A stretch of 62,590 nt of DNA, counting the filler, from Diploschistes diacapsis (taxonomy: Eukaryota): the NCBI GenBank assembly GCA_023645945.1. It is 8 parts of 8 records of this genome, joined end to end, with 100 filler letters (N's around TTAATTAATTAA, not from the genome) between each part and the next. Parts side by side here need not be neighbours in the genome. Positions count along the whole stretch, not along the records: positions 47,079 to 54,789 come from JALAIB010001247.1; positions 54,890 to 62,590 come from JALAIB010001248.1; 6 more parts are not named here. One strand, 5' to 3'. Below, piece by piece: positions 52,161-62,590 of this stretch (position 1 is the first letter of the stretch; every line of letters begins with the position of its first letter). The position numbers and the translations under genes are program-made. The notes under the pieces are model-generated. The model saw only the letters and a list, made by a program, of their open reading frames with translations, was not told where the DNA came from and searched no databases.

Positions 52161-52415
52161 TGTTGCAATGACAAGATACAACATCATTAATAAAGAAGGT
52201 TGATGTTAAACGACGTTGCATTTCGTAAATACAGATCACATGACCACAGAGTATCCCATATTTACTGAGACGCCGATATCATTCATCCTCTTGCACCACA
52301 CTCTTGTTGTGCTCCCGCATCACTATCGATTTTCTCTTCTCTTCCGCATCTGATTTCGCTCAGGCACTATAATAATCAGTCTCGAGCGCGATGTGCCTGT
52401 CAGGAGATTCATTCC

Positions 52416-53095
52416 CTAAGCCCTGCTTAGACTCAGCTCCGCCATAAGAAAATAAATTAACAAGAACCAGGGATGGCCATCAAAGACAAGACGTACAGCG
52501 CCCATTGGGTAGCGTTTAATGAGAGAAAAGATAAAAGGGGAAATGGAAGGTCACGAACTTACAACAGCGCCAACGTCAAATCACCCTGGATCCTCGCCTT
52601 GAGCTCGATCTCGATGTCCAGATTCAGCTCGATCCTCAGCTTCAGCCCGTCCTGCTGCATCATGTCTTCCCCGCCGCCTCCTCCTCCATCTGGACCTGTC
52701 TTGAGCTGCTGATTCGGATTCCCCGGCCTCATGGGGATCTCGCCCCTCATGGCCTTTGCATATGTCACCGGCCCGTTCATGGAGGTCTCGTCCGTCCCTA
52801 TATACTCGAAGGGCTGCATCGTGTTTTTTTGCGCCGTGGCCTGAGAGGAGGCCTGAGCATTTTGTTGTTGCTGGCCGTTCGCGCCACCGTCTTGTTGAGC
52901 CTGGGCGCTTGATTGCGCTTCCGCTTGTTGGTTTTCAGGCACTTGTGGCATCGGAGGTTGCTGGTTCTTCTTGTTGCCGCCCTTTTGCGTCTGCTTCTTT
53001 CTCCGCGCGCGCCGGGACTGCGAGCGTGAGCGCGACTGGTAGCCAGACTCTGTCTCTGGCTCGGAGACTTCGGGCGTCTCGGGAGCGGGAGACAT
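52416..53095 (-). CDS. Low-complexity Q/G-rich protein with C-terminal LRIELNLDIEIELKARIQGDLTLALL motif
   Basis: ATG 53095; ORF to 52559 ends in TT|GTAAGT donor; acceptor CTAAGCAG at 52423 gives final ...LALLA* (stop 52418-52416). Confidence 0.8.
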
Positions 53096-54296
53096 GTTGA
53101 AGGGAAAGACCAAGAGACGATCCGCTTGCGCGGCGGAAAGAACGGGTGGGGAACACTAAAGAACGCGGAAAGCGATCACGAAGAAGTATACAGCGTGCGT
53201 GTCCAGTTGTAACAAACGAGAAAAAAAGTGAAGCCGTTCACTCAAGTCGTCAATCTTTGGTACACTGCAGATCGAGAATGCTTTGAGGGCCAACTTCAAG
53301 CCTCGAAGAAAAGAAGGCAAAAATGAGCATGCATCCTACCTTGGTCTCAAGCCTGGCCTGTATCAGTAGTGCAACTACATCATAGCCTTCCATCTCTGGG
53401 CGGGCTGGGATCAAGGGTCCATATTTGGACTAGAAAAAGCAGGATAAGCCGAACAGAGAGAGCGCAGGGGGGGAGGGCCTACGGAGTACAAAGTACAAGA
53501 CGGCACAACGGGCCTTTGCGGCGATCGCGATTCACACGGAACAGCGCGGTCATCAGCTACACTTGTGGAGAATCCCACGATATAAGTTTACAAACGATGA
53601 TCGAGATCCTTTGAGCACTCGGTTTCTGGAATTCGGACAACGGAGGAGAACGGACGCATGTGCGCGCCACAGGTGAACAGGACCATCTTTGTGGGCCATC
53701 TTGACCCAAACCACGGGTGTCACCACGGGTGTCTTACAATCTTGCTCACCGATCCTCGTGGCCCGGTTGAGGTTATTTCCATTGCCTAAGGGGAATGTGC
53801 TGAAGAAGCGCAGAACAGGTCAAGTGCAAATGCAAATGAAAACCCTACACCCATTTTACACTAATCTGTATATCAAAACATACGGATTGGCCTTGGGGGA
53901 GAGGCTGGGAAAATAAACGCCACGGGCGGAGGCAGCGTTACCACGCTATGAGGCTTCTCTGTGAGGCTTCCCGGATGGACCTCCGAATGCACACAAACCT
54001 GCAATAATCCCTGCCAGCCCACCAGGCTTATCCGTATCGTCTCTGGCGTCACAGCCGGACTGATCAGGGATCAGTCTGCGCGGGAGAAGCCGCGTTGTGT
54101 CACAAACTTGCTCCCTCGAACTCGCGAATTCTCTCCTAAGAACTTGCTCAATGCTTCGTGCTCCTCTTTTCGCAAGCCAGATTCACCAGCGCTCAACTCT
54201 TTCCCCTATCGCTTCTGGCTGTCGTTGCGCACAAGCATTGTACTCAGCCTGGTCGCGCTCGCACACTTTGCCCAAAACCACCCCCGCCTTTCCAGG

Positions 54297-54789
54297 ATGT
54301 CCACCCAAGAAGAAACGCAATCGAGCGAGAAAAACGCGCAGGTCAACGCCAGCGGCGCGGGCTCGGCCTCGGCAGCGGGCAGCCTGAGCGCCGGCGGCTC
54401 GCAGAAGGAGCAAAAAACAAAGCGCAAGCCGCCCAAGCTCACCCAGGCACAGAAAGAACAGAAAGGCGGGGACGAGCCCGCCGAGGCTAACGGCGAGGCA
54501 GAGAAACAAGCCGACGGCGAGCAGGAAGGCGGCGGCCAGCAGCAGGCGCAAGCGGGCGCCGAGGCCAATGCCGAGCAACAGAACGGCGAGCCGCGGGCCA
54601 AGTCCAAGCGGCGGCAGTCGCGCGGCCGCGGGCGCAGCAAGCAGCCGGATAGCGAGGCGGAGAGTCCGATGCGCAGCGAGGTGAGCACGGCGGGCGGCGG
54701 GCGACGGCGAAACAGGAAGAAGGCGGCGCAGAAGGAGACGAACGGGTCTTCCGGGCAGGGTCCGCTGGGGCAGGTCGACGAGGTAGGGG
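54297..54789 (+). CDS. Low-complexity hydrophilic protein, 3'-truncated; probable relative of the divergent gene
   Basis: MSTQEETQSS...KRKPPKL...RRQSRGRGRS...RRRNRKK...GPLGQVDEVG; GC-rich coding pattern; runs into the gap. Confidence 0.7.
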
Positions 54790-54889
54790 NNNNNNNNNNN
54801 NNNNNNNNNNNNNNNNNNNNNNNNNNNNNNNNNTTAATTAATTAANNNNNNNNNNNNNNNNNNNNNNNNNNNNNNNNNNNNNNNNNNNN
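54790..54889. other. Artificial contig linker
   Basis: N44-TTAATTAATTAA-N44. Confidence 0.98.
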
Positions 54890-55013
54890 GCTTTGTTGAT
54901 TATCAGGAGGGCGTAGACGACCCTAATGGTTTTGTTAGAGGAGAGGGGGGAAAGTGAAGATGGGGAATGGGCGAGAGGAGGTGTAGAGAGGAATGGGATG
55001 TGAAGGAGGGATC

Positions 55014-55060
55014 GGGATGATGGGCTGAGGGCGACGGGATGATGGGCTGAGGGCGACGGG
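55014..55060. repeat. 22-bp direct repeat x2
   Basis: gggatgatgggctgagggcgac occurs twice in tandem. Confidence 0.75.
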
Positions 55061-55503
55061 GTGGAGGGAAAGGGGTGAGAAAAATACATGTTTGCTTAAT
55101 TGATGAATTGCTTTCTTGGATAGCACAAAGGAGAGGGTTGTGGATGGATGCCGTCCGCGAAGATGGGCGGAAGGTGAAGTCTCTGGCTATGTAGATAGCG
55201 GAAAGCTAGGGCGCAGATGCGGATTGATCGGATCCACCGTATGAAATTGCTCTGCTTTTCCGTACGCGCCCTTGGACTTTCTAGTATGGGCGGGAAGCAA
55301 GAGTAGTCAAGATGTTCATTGAGAGGTGGCGGAATGCAAGCGTTCCGCGGCCCCACTCCCCCGTTGTATAGATACCTAGTATACCCAGGTGCTTAGCAGT
55401 TTCACAAACTTAACAACAAATCCGGTCCCCTGATGAGCACTTGAAGATTCAGATCATTTGCTTTACAATTGCCCAACTTTTAATAGCTCGCTCTTGAGTG
55501 GCA

Positions 55504-56494
55504 ATGTCAAACATAGACGAAGGTTCCGTTTCTGCTGAGAATTCGATGCGATTGAATGCTGAGCCTCGATTGGCGGCCATCCGCCCCTTCAAACCTATCG
55601 ACATGGACAGCCTCGGGAGACGGGCTGAGGAAGCCAAGGAAATGGCTTATTGTAGGTGCAACGTTTGTCATTCTATGTGAGAATAGCTGCATCGTCGTTG
55701 TCTGTTGTGGACTGTCTACAATGGGGAGAATCTATTCCCGCTACAAGAGAGTCCAAGTAGTTCTATGAGTTGTATCGAGAGGCCTAGTGAAAGCGTCTTT
55801 ACAACCCTCTTTCCTTCTCGTGAATCCTTACATACCCTCACTTTCACCCTTGCCCTGCATTCTCACATGTTTGTCTCCAATTTTGTGGACATGATATCCG
55901 TGCTGAGCAACCCGTGTCCAGGTCCCTACTCCAGGTTCCGGGTTGGCGCTGCTGTCCTCCTTCCAGGGTATCTTTCTCCCATACATAGATTCGTCTTCTC
56001 CCGGCTGACGTTTCAAAAGAGACCCTTGGACAGCTGTGACTGGATGCAATGTCGAGAATGCTTCTTACCCGGTCGGAGTCTGCGCCGAGCAAGTGGCACT
56101 TTCCAAGGCCGTTTCCGAGGGACATCGCAAGTTTGTGGCATTAGCAGTCTCAACGGATATTCATTCACCTGTGTCCCCATGCGGGGCGTGCCGTCAATTC
56201 ATCAACGAGTTTTGTGACAAGGACATGCCAATCATGATGCTAGGGAAGGATGGGATTGCGGGGGTGTGGGTCGTGAAGACATTGGGAGAGGTATGTCGAG
56301 ATCTTGAAGGTGGCTCTCTATTGATATCCCCGATCTTTGATGGAACCCGACCCTGCATCCCTCGATCGTCGCAAAGTACGAACAAAGTGCTACGCGGTTG
56401 CTTGAAAGCTAACATATCTTGCTAGCTCTTGCCCGAGTCGTTTGGTCCGACAGATCTGCTCGGTTCACAATCCACTTCGGGGGTTCAGAGCTAA
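55504..56494 (+). CDS. CDD1: Cytidine deaminase, homotetrameric type (4 exons)
   Basis: AKEMAYC|PYSRFRVGAAVL...TGCNVENASYPVGVCAEQ...SPCGACRQFINEF...TLGE|LLPESFGP; Zn ligands CAE and PCxxC; 270-nt first intron 55652-55921. Confidence 0.93.
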
Positions 56495-59400
56495 CGGTAG
56501 CAACAGGAGCGAGGAGAGACAGCAGGAGAGGGGCCGGTGCTGGTGACGATAACCGTGCGTATGGGGAGACGGTGAGGTAAGGGGGAATAGATGCTGAATG
56601 CTTCATCGAGAGATAAGCCCTCATCCAGAAGGATTCACTTTGGTTGCCTTAGCGATAAGAAAAGTACGCTTGGCAGGCAAGAAGAGAACGTTACCCGCGA
56701 TGTGAGCAGACGCTGAAGAAATCACATGTACAGAATGATGTACAGAACGATGTGTAGACGTTAAGCAACGTGAAATTTACGGAAAACCATGAGGCCCAGA
56801 AGCCACTCTTGCTTATTTTTGGAGAGCAGTATTGAGTCTCTTTCCAATCAATGATGGAGTAGCAAGGCTTCGCCAAGGTTGGTCAGTAGATTCTCCCAAG
56901 TTACTGCTGGAATGGTTCGGTAGTCGGTGATAGAAAGTTCCGAGCTGGGATCGTTGGTAGGGGCTTCACCAAGGGTCAGAAGGGAGGCTTCTGCTTCTTC
57001 AAAGCCAAGGGCCAAAACCGAAAGCATCATCGATAACGGGCAAAGACACTCAACCATAGGGGACTTGGAGTGGATAGACTGTTGGTGCCCATGCCTTTGG
57101 AAGCGGTGCAGCTCAACAAGCTGTTTCAGAAAATTTGATTCTGCTTCTTGAGGCAGGGGATTGCAAGTACGCAGGCATAGCCATGCTAACATGGATCCAA
57201 TGCTACTCTGACTGTAATAGGTGCTCTGAGCTGTCAGAAGCCGACATAAAACGTGGGCAATATTCGCAGACCGCGTGGGAGCCATTGAGGGGGGATGCAT
57301 AGGCGAAAAAAGCGCATGCTCGCATATCGTGGTATCGTGGTGCATGCAGTCTGCCGTGGTCGTTGTTCTGCCGTGTGCACGCGTGCCACGAAGCCCAGCA
57401 ATTATTGTCAGAGATTCTGCACTCGATGCCGTGACTCAACTCGGCCAAAACCTCTGGACGAGACCCAGGAGTCAGCTGCCAAGCACATATTCTTGGAGCT
57501 CTTGTTGTTTTTGGCTCCGAACGATGTAACGTCGATGATCGCGGTAAGGCTGGGACCGATTGGGCGAGGAGCATGTTTGACAGGAAGCAGTCAATAATCC
57601 TTCTGTCTTCTCTGAGCTTGCGGCTTACCTTTATTTGGACTTCTCATATGGCTGGTTGAGCCGTACTCCCTCTTTTTTAGCCCTCTGCTTAACTTCCAGA
57701 GCTCTTCGGATCAATATCGTTGCTCCAAGGGTAGTGTACGCACGGAATCAAAAGAGTGACGAGATACTTTGTATGAAACGGGCTGATGGTTTGCTTTAGG
57801 AGCAGATGTGTGCCGTAAATGCCGGTCTTACTGCCATGTGATGCTGATGCTCTCGGCCCTGGTGAGACACCTACAGCTTTTCTGGCGTATACATCATACA
57901 TCGTGGGCGGTGTGTACATCTCGGTCTTCGGTGAATCCTAGGGTCGATCAGCCGACAGGCTGACAGTTGCACGTTTCGGTCGCACTTGTATGCCTTGATG
58001 GCGTTTACTCTGGGAGTTCTTTTGCCGGATGGTTTGTTTTATCTATCTGAATTCTACCCTATTATTATTTGACCCTTGTCATCGGTCGGGAGTTGAACCT
58101 TGCTCAGTTGTCAAACCCATCGTGCAAGGCATGATTGCACCTGCGCCGATGCAGGCCTTGGAGACAGCTTTGGATCTTTCAGATCCTTTCCCCTGCGTTG
58201 CGTGCCTGCTTTGAAGAGGGAATTGCTGCCAGGCGCTTCACGACTGTGGATGTGGCGGAGGACCGAATTGCGAAAGGCTGCCACACTTGCGGTGTGATAG
58301 ATATTACTCCGTGGTGTTTTTGGCATGGGTCGGCGGCTGTAACAGATCTTAGAAAGCATTACAGAGTATTCGCAGCACGCAAAAACGGTCAATCCTAATA
58401 ATGCACCCGGCCGTCATGATCAGTAACTATTTGGATTCTATCTCATGGCCGGGTCCCACAATGGAACGCTGTATTGCCACCGTGATGGCCCAACCGGTGT
58501 GATCAGTGCGCGCGCTTTGTCGAAACCAGTATGGTTGAAACCGTTGTACTATAGTTCAAGCACGGGGGTTGTACGCATGCCTCTTTTATGTGGTGGTAGT
58601 AATGTTGAGAAGAACATGCCTCCGAATCAGGTACAAGAGGCTCTAGCTTGCCGGCCTGACGTTGTGAAACTGCAGCTATGGGGTAGCCTGGCCTGTACAG
58701 GCACTGACGCGGCAAGAAGCTGGCCAATCTACCATCGTAGCCCAACACCACGAGGCCTCGTCATGGGCCAATTCGAGATGCTGTGACCACACAGTCCGCA
58801 CTCGCCTAGTGCAAGGGCCACAACCAGATGCAGATAAGCACCGAGGGTGGTAGAACTTTGTTTGCGGCGGCATTTAAAGTTAGCTGCTTGTAGACGGTAG
58901 TCTGTAGCTGTCCTCTCGGGCTCTCAGCTGCCCCTTGAGTCCTTGACCCGCCTTGGCTTGTAATGCTGCTCGGTCGAGGAATTGGGTATCTATAATCTAG
59001 GCGGTGGGCCCTATGTGTCGTGGTCCAATCTTGTAGCCGCAATCTGGGCTTATGCAGTTGTATAATTCTCTGCGCTGTGACGCTGGTGCCCATGTTCAAT
59101 CCCGTAATAAGCCTACGGTCGATCCTCCATAACAGCCCCTTGGGCGACTTCTCCCAATCGCCGAGAAAGGTGAGGGGCTTCTAACGGAAGTTCGAGTTGT
59201 AACTTGTCGGGTCGTGTACTAGTACAAGTACTCCGTAGCGCTGTGCGAGTACCAGTAAGCACGGGCGCAAAAAGGCTGGTCGACTATTCCCAGTCAAAGA
59301 GCCGTCACTGGCTGCTGCCTGTACCCGATTCCGGATCCTCGATTAATCTATCATGCCGTGTGCCAAGGGCAAATTGCAATTGATGGTGCTGTCCGTATTC

Positions 59401-59817
59401 TGGATTGTGTATGTTGTAGACTGACGGAAAGAGCATAAAATTAAATTTCGCAAACCTGAATTGGGGAAGGTAGAAGTCGTGGCCCGTGAACCTGACAATG
59501 TTGTTACCACTCCTTCACAACTTGCAAAACTTCCATGATTCCTCACGACTCTTCTTCTAACCTTCGCCCTTCGTCACCTTTCTGACATTCCACACGGTGT
59601 TGGTGTTGCGTGACAAAGGTCAGGACCATGGCTGTGGATATCTGCTCAGCAAGGGAGGAAAACTAAGATCTTTTGTCTGGACCTTCTTTTCGGGTCCTTC
59701 CTTCGTTCACTCATTCATTCACGCTCTTTATTTATTTGTCTTTACGGCGGTGGGATTCCTTCTCGTAAAGGGGAAGATTGGATCATCTCTCGCAGAGAAC
59801 AGAGAAACAGAGCAGCA

Positions 59818-61957
59818 ATGCATTCGCCCACTCAGTCAGAGTTTGATAACTTGCCAGCAACTGTGCAGCGAAAAGTAAGTCTTAGTTCTCCCGTTGGCTG
59901 ATTGCCCCGTGACCACCGGCAATCTTGCGCTGTTGGGGCGCCCCCGGTGGATTAGTGGATTAGCGACACGGGGCTTTCGGCGTGAGCCGCTAAGTCTGAC
60001 CGCTGGGGGCTAACCTCTGCTCTGCATTCCCTGGAGCTATTGCCCCTATCTCACCCCCTGGAACATTACCAGTGACCACCCCCGTCGCTACGTGCGTGTG
60101 CTGGGCTGTCTTTGGCTCTATCATTTCTTGCATATTCAATCGACAGGCCAGTCTATAACCACTATCCTTCTCCCAAAGACACGTCGTGTACTGCTTTGGC
60201 CTTTTGCTATCTGCCATCACCTTGACTCCAGACACTAACAGGTCTTTCAGTGCTTCTCCACCCTCGAAAGGCTGCGGTATGCGGAAACCCAGGCCCAGAT
60301 CCAAGTCAAGGCGACTACAGCGACTCAACCGCCTCTAGCCTCATATCTCAATCCCAAAAAGCTGCTGCAAAGTCGACACACCTCGTTGACCAAGATTAAA
60401 AACACCATCCAAGCCGCCAAACTGCTTCGGAGCTCCTCGTCCCCGAGCCAGCATCGCCCTAGTAACATCACATGTACTACTGTAACCCCAGAAGACGCTC
60501 TTTGGTTCTCTCGACTACCAGAAAAGATCCAGAGAGGCCAGTTCTCTGCCGAGGAGCAGATTCTGCTGGCCCCACGCAAAGAGGATGTGATATTGGATGC
60601 TGCAGATGAAAAGTTCTACAAGCTTGGTGAGCAGATCGGTAATCGCAGTTTGCCCTCTCTGTCGAGCCACTACACCGGGCCTTCGTCTGCGGATTCCTTC
60701 GATTTGGAAGATCATGGCTCCGTGTTGTCAGAAGAGAACTCGATGGATTCTCAGAAAGTACTGGACACTTTTCGCTGGCTCGACGCGGGTACGGATCTCT
60801 CTCTCCACGATTACCATGTCCACCTAACGAAGGAGGCGGAAACGACAGTAACGCCTGTGCCAGGTGCGACACTGCGCAAGCAGAAGTCATTCACCAGCTC
60901 GTTCCTCTCAAGAGAGGCCCGCTCCCCCAGCATCGTCTCGAGGAGATCAACCGAGCATTGTAGAACCCGGTGGGCATCGACGGATGTCCCACCCGTTCCT
61001 CGTATCCCCGCGTCTTTGCTGCCACTGTCAAAGCCTGCACTTGGGGACTTTAATTCGCATGAATTGACCAAATTTGCCTCTATTACCCCACAAAACTCCG
61101 AAATGTGGGGTCCCGGATGGGCACTAATGTCTACGGCACCAAAGTCCCCCCCAGACGGTGCAGCTTCATTAATGGAGGCTGAAGCTACTCACTATCTCGA
61201 CCCTGAAGCGCGCTTGAAGCTGAAACACTACCTTGCATCGCCGTCGAAGTTCGACGAGGCTCTTGAATTCGGTTTCCCATCCTTGAAAAGCCCACCGCCA
61301 AGTCGACATTCGTTCTCTTCCCGTCGACCTTCTACCTCCACTGCTCGAAGCGTTCATCATCGGACCACCCCAAAAGATCTCAGTAGTAACCCGACTTTTC
61401 TGGACGATGCCACGACCATCACAGACTCCGTGGAGCACCCGGCGGACGTTGAGTCTCAGTTTGACTTGTCGCCGCAGTTGTCGGGCTCGTCTACTCCATT
61501 AGCCCGCGATCACATCTCCAGTCCAGAGACGGCGGTCAGCTTCGGCGACACCAGTATTCAGCCATTCTCGCTGTCCGTCGCACGCTCTCGCATACATACA
61601 GAAACGCAAGCGCAGGCCAGGAATTTCGAAGCCGAACCGTACCATCGCGCTTGGCCTAACAGAGAAATGACGCTCAAGATGACTCTCACTCGTCCTGATC
61701 TCCGCTCTGACAACCCAACGCTTTGTTCAGCACGGCCCACTCCTGCATCTCGTCGGAGCTTTCTCAAACGGAGTATGAGCGTCAAGGAAAACCTAGGAAA
61801 AGCGAACAGCTATGGGAACGGCGACCCCTTGAAGACGGAGGATTTACATTTTGGCGACAATGTTACAAACGTGGGTTTTAGGAAGGAGAAGCATACAGCC
61901 CCTCAACGTTTGTGGATTAGGAGAGAACCATCTTCTTGTCTTGCTTCACTTCGGTAG
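59818..61957 (+). CDS. Conserved uncharacterised Ser/Pro-rich fungal protein (2 exons)
   Basis: Exon 1 MHSPTQSEFDNLPATVQRK, intron 59875-60250, exon 2 CFSTLERLR in frame with ORF 60386-61957; motif blocks WFSRLPEKIQR, VILDAADE, DPEARLKLKHYLASPSKFDEALEFGFPS, REMTLKMTLTRPDLR. Confidence 0.8.
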
Positions 61958-62590
61958 ACGACTTGCTCTTTGCCATGAGATGACGACAGCGTTGCTTTAC
62001 ATGTTAAAAGATACCACTTTGCAGCGACTGGTGTCCGTGGCGTTTTTTTTGTGAGTGGAGCTGGTCCAAGCAAAGGATTTGAAACTACTGGGTATTGGCT
62101 AGATGCCTGTAATAATATGTTTTCGCACGGATTCTCTGTTTCTGCTCGCAATCTTCAAAACGGAATAGCATAGAGTTGTATTTCGTTCATACCCACCCTG
62201 TCGAATAGCTGCCAAGCCGTAGTACCCAAATGAAACTTGCATGATTACCAGCACGGTTTACGATTCAATATTCTTAATTGATTTGAGGACTTGAGCCGTT
62301 AATCTGCATGGTTCTTGGAAGGAAGTCTTTGGAGCGGGGGAGGGCCTGTGACTCAACAAGATCTTGGTCAAGGCATAGTAGTCCCAGTACCTACCCCCAT
62401 GGGCTGCCATTTCTAGCAGGTCGTTTTGCATTAGGACCCGTTTCGGAGGCAACTTAACCCACCGAATCACCGCATGCTGATCTTTAGGTAAGAGTCACAA
62501 CTCACATACAGAGCTCCTATATAGCTCCAAGATCATTGCATGTGCACTATCTACCGTATCAAACGATTCCCCAATCTGCACACATAACCC

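Noticed and set aside
53711..53733. CCACGGGTGT(C) twice between the divergent low-complexity genes
   Set aside because: A simple 12-bp tandem duplication explains it; no evidence of a binding site.
56600..59550. Many short ORFs between CDD1 and the last gene
   Set aside because: No motifs or consistent frame; treated as intergenic or unrecognisable relic.
62258..62590. Possible last exon of a minus-strand gene
   Set aside because: Splice phases with the upstream fragment could not be reconciled; no family recognised.

Overview
Fungal (filamentous ascomycete) genomic DNA with spliceosomal introns. It is not one locus: eight contigs of decreasing size (7774, 7773, 7755, 7750, 7714, 7712, 7711, 7701 bp) are joined by 100-bp N44-TTAATTAATTAA-N44 linkers, so gene neighbourhood only means something within a contig. 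Recognisable genes: DUF676-like alpha/beta hydrolase, GNAT acetyltransferase, Ure2-like glutathione S-transferase, ECM33, YCF1-type ABCC transporter, NsdC-like C2H2 factor, VWA protein, coiled-coil protein, TRA2-like RRM protein head-to-head with SF3B1/HSH155, class-III (GSA-AT-like) aminotransferase, cytidine deaminase, and a conserved uncharacterised protein. There are several pseudogenes (GH12 glucanase, internally deleted GNAT, others) and AT-rich, RIP-like transposon remnants (hAT-like MITE, Fot1/pogo TIRs, TGT-ended repeats, two repeat families shared between contigs). Best leads: a divergent pair of low-complexity genes, one ending in an amphipathic LRIELNLDIEIELKARIQGDLTLALL motif; a structured RNA candidate in a long first intron; unusually long introns in the YCF1 NBD2 region. 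All calls are from reading the sequence by eye; no searches were run.
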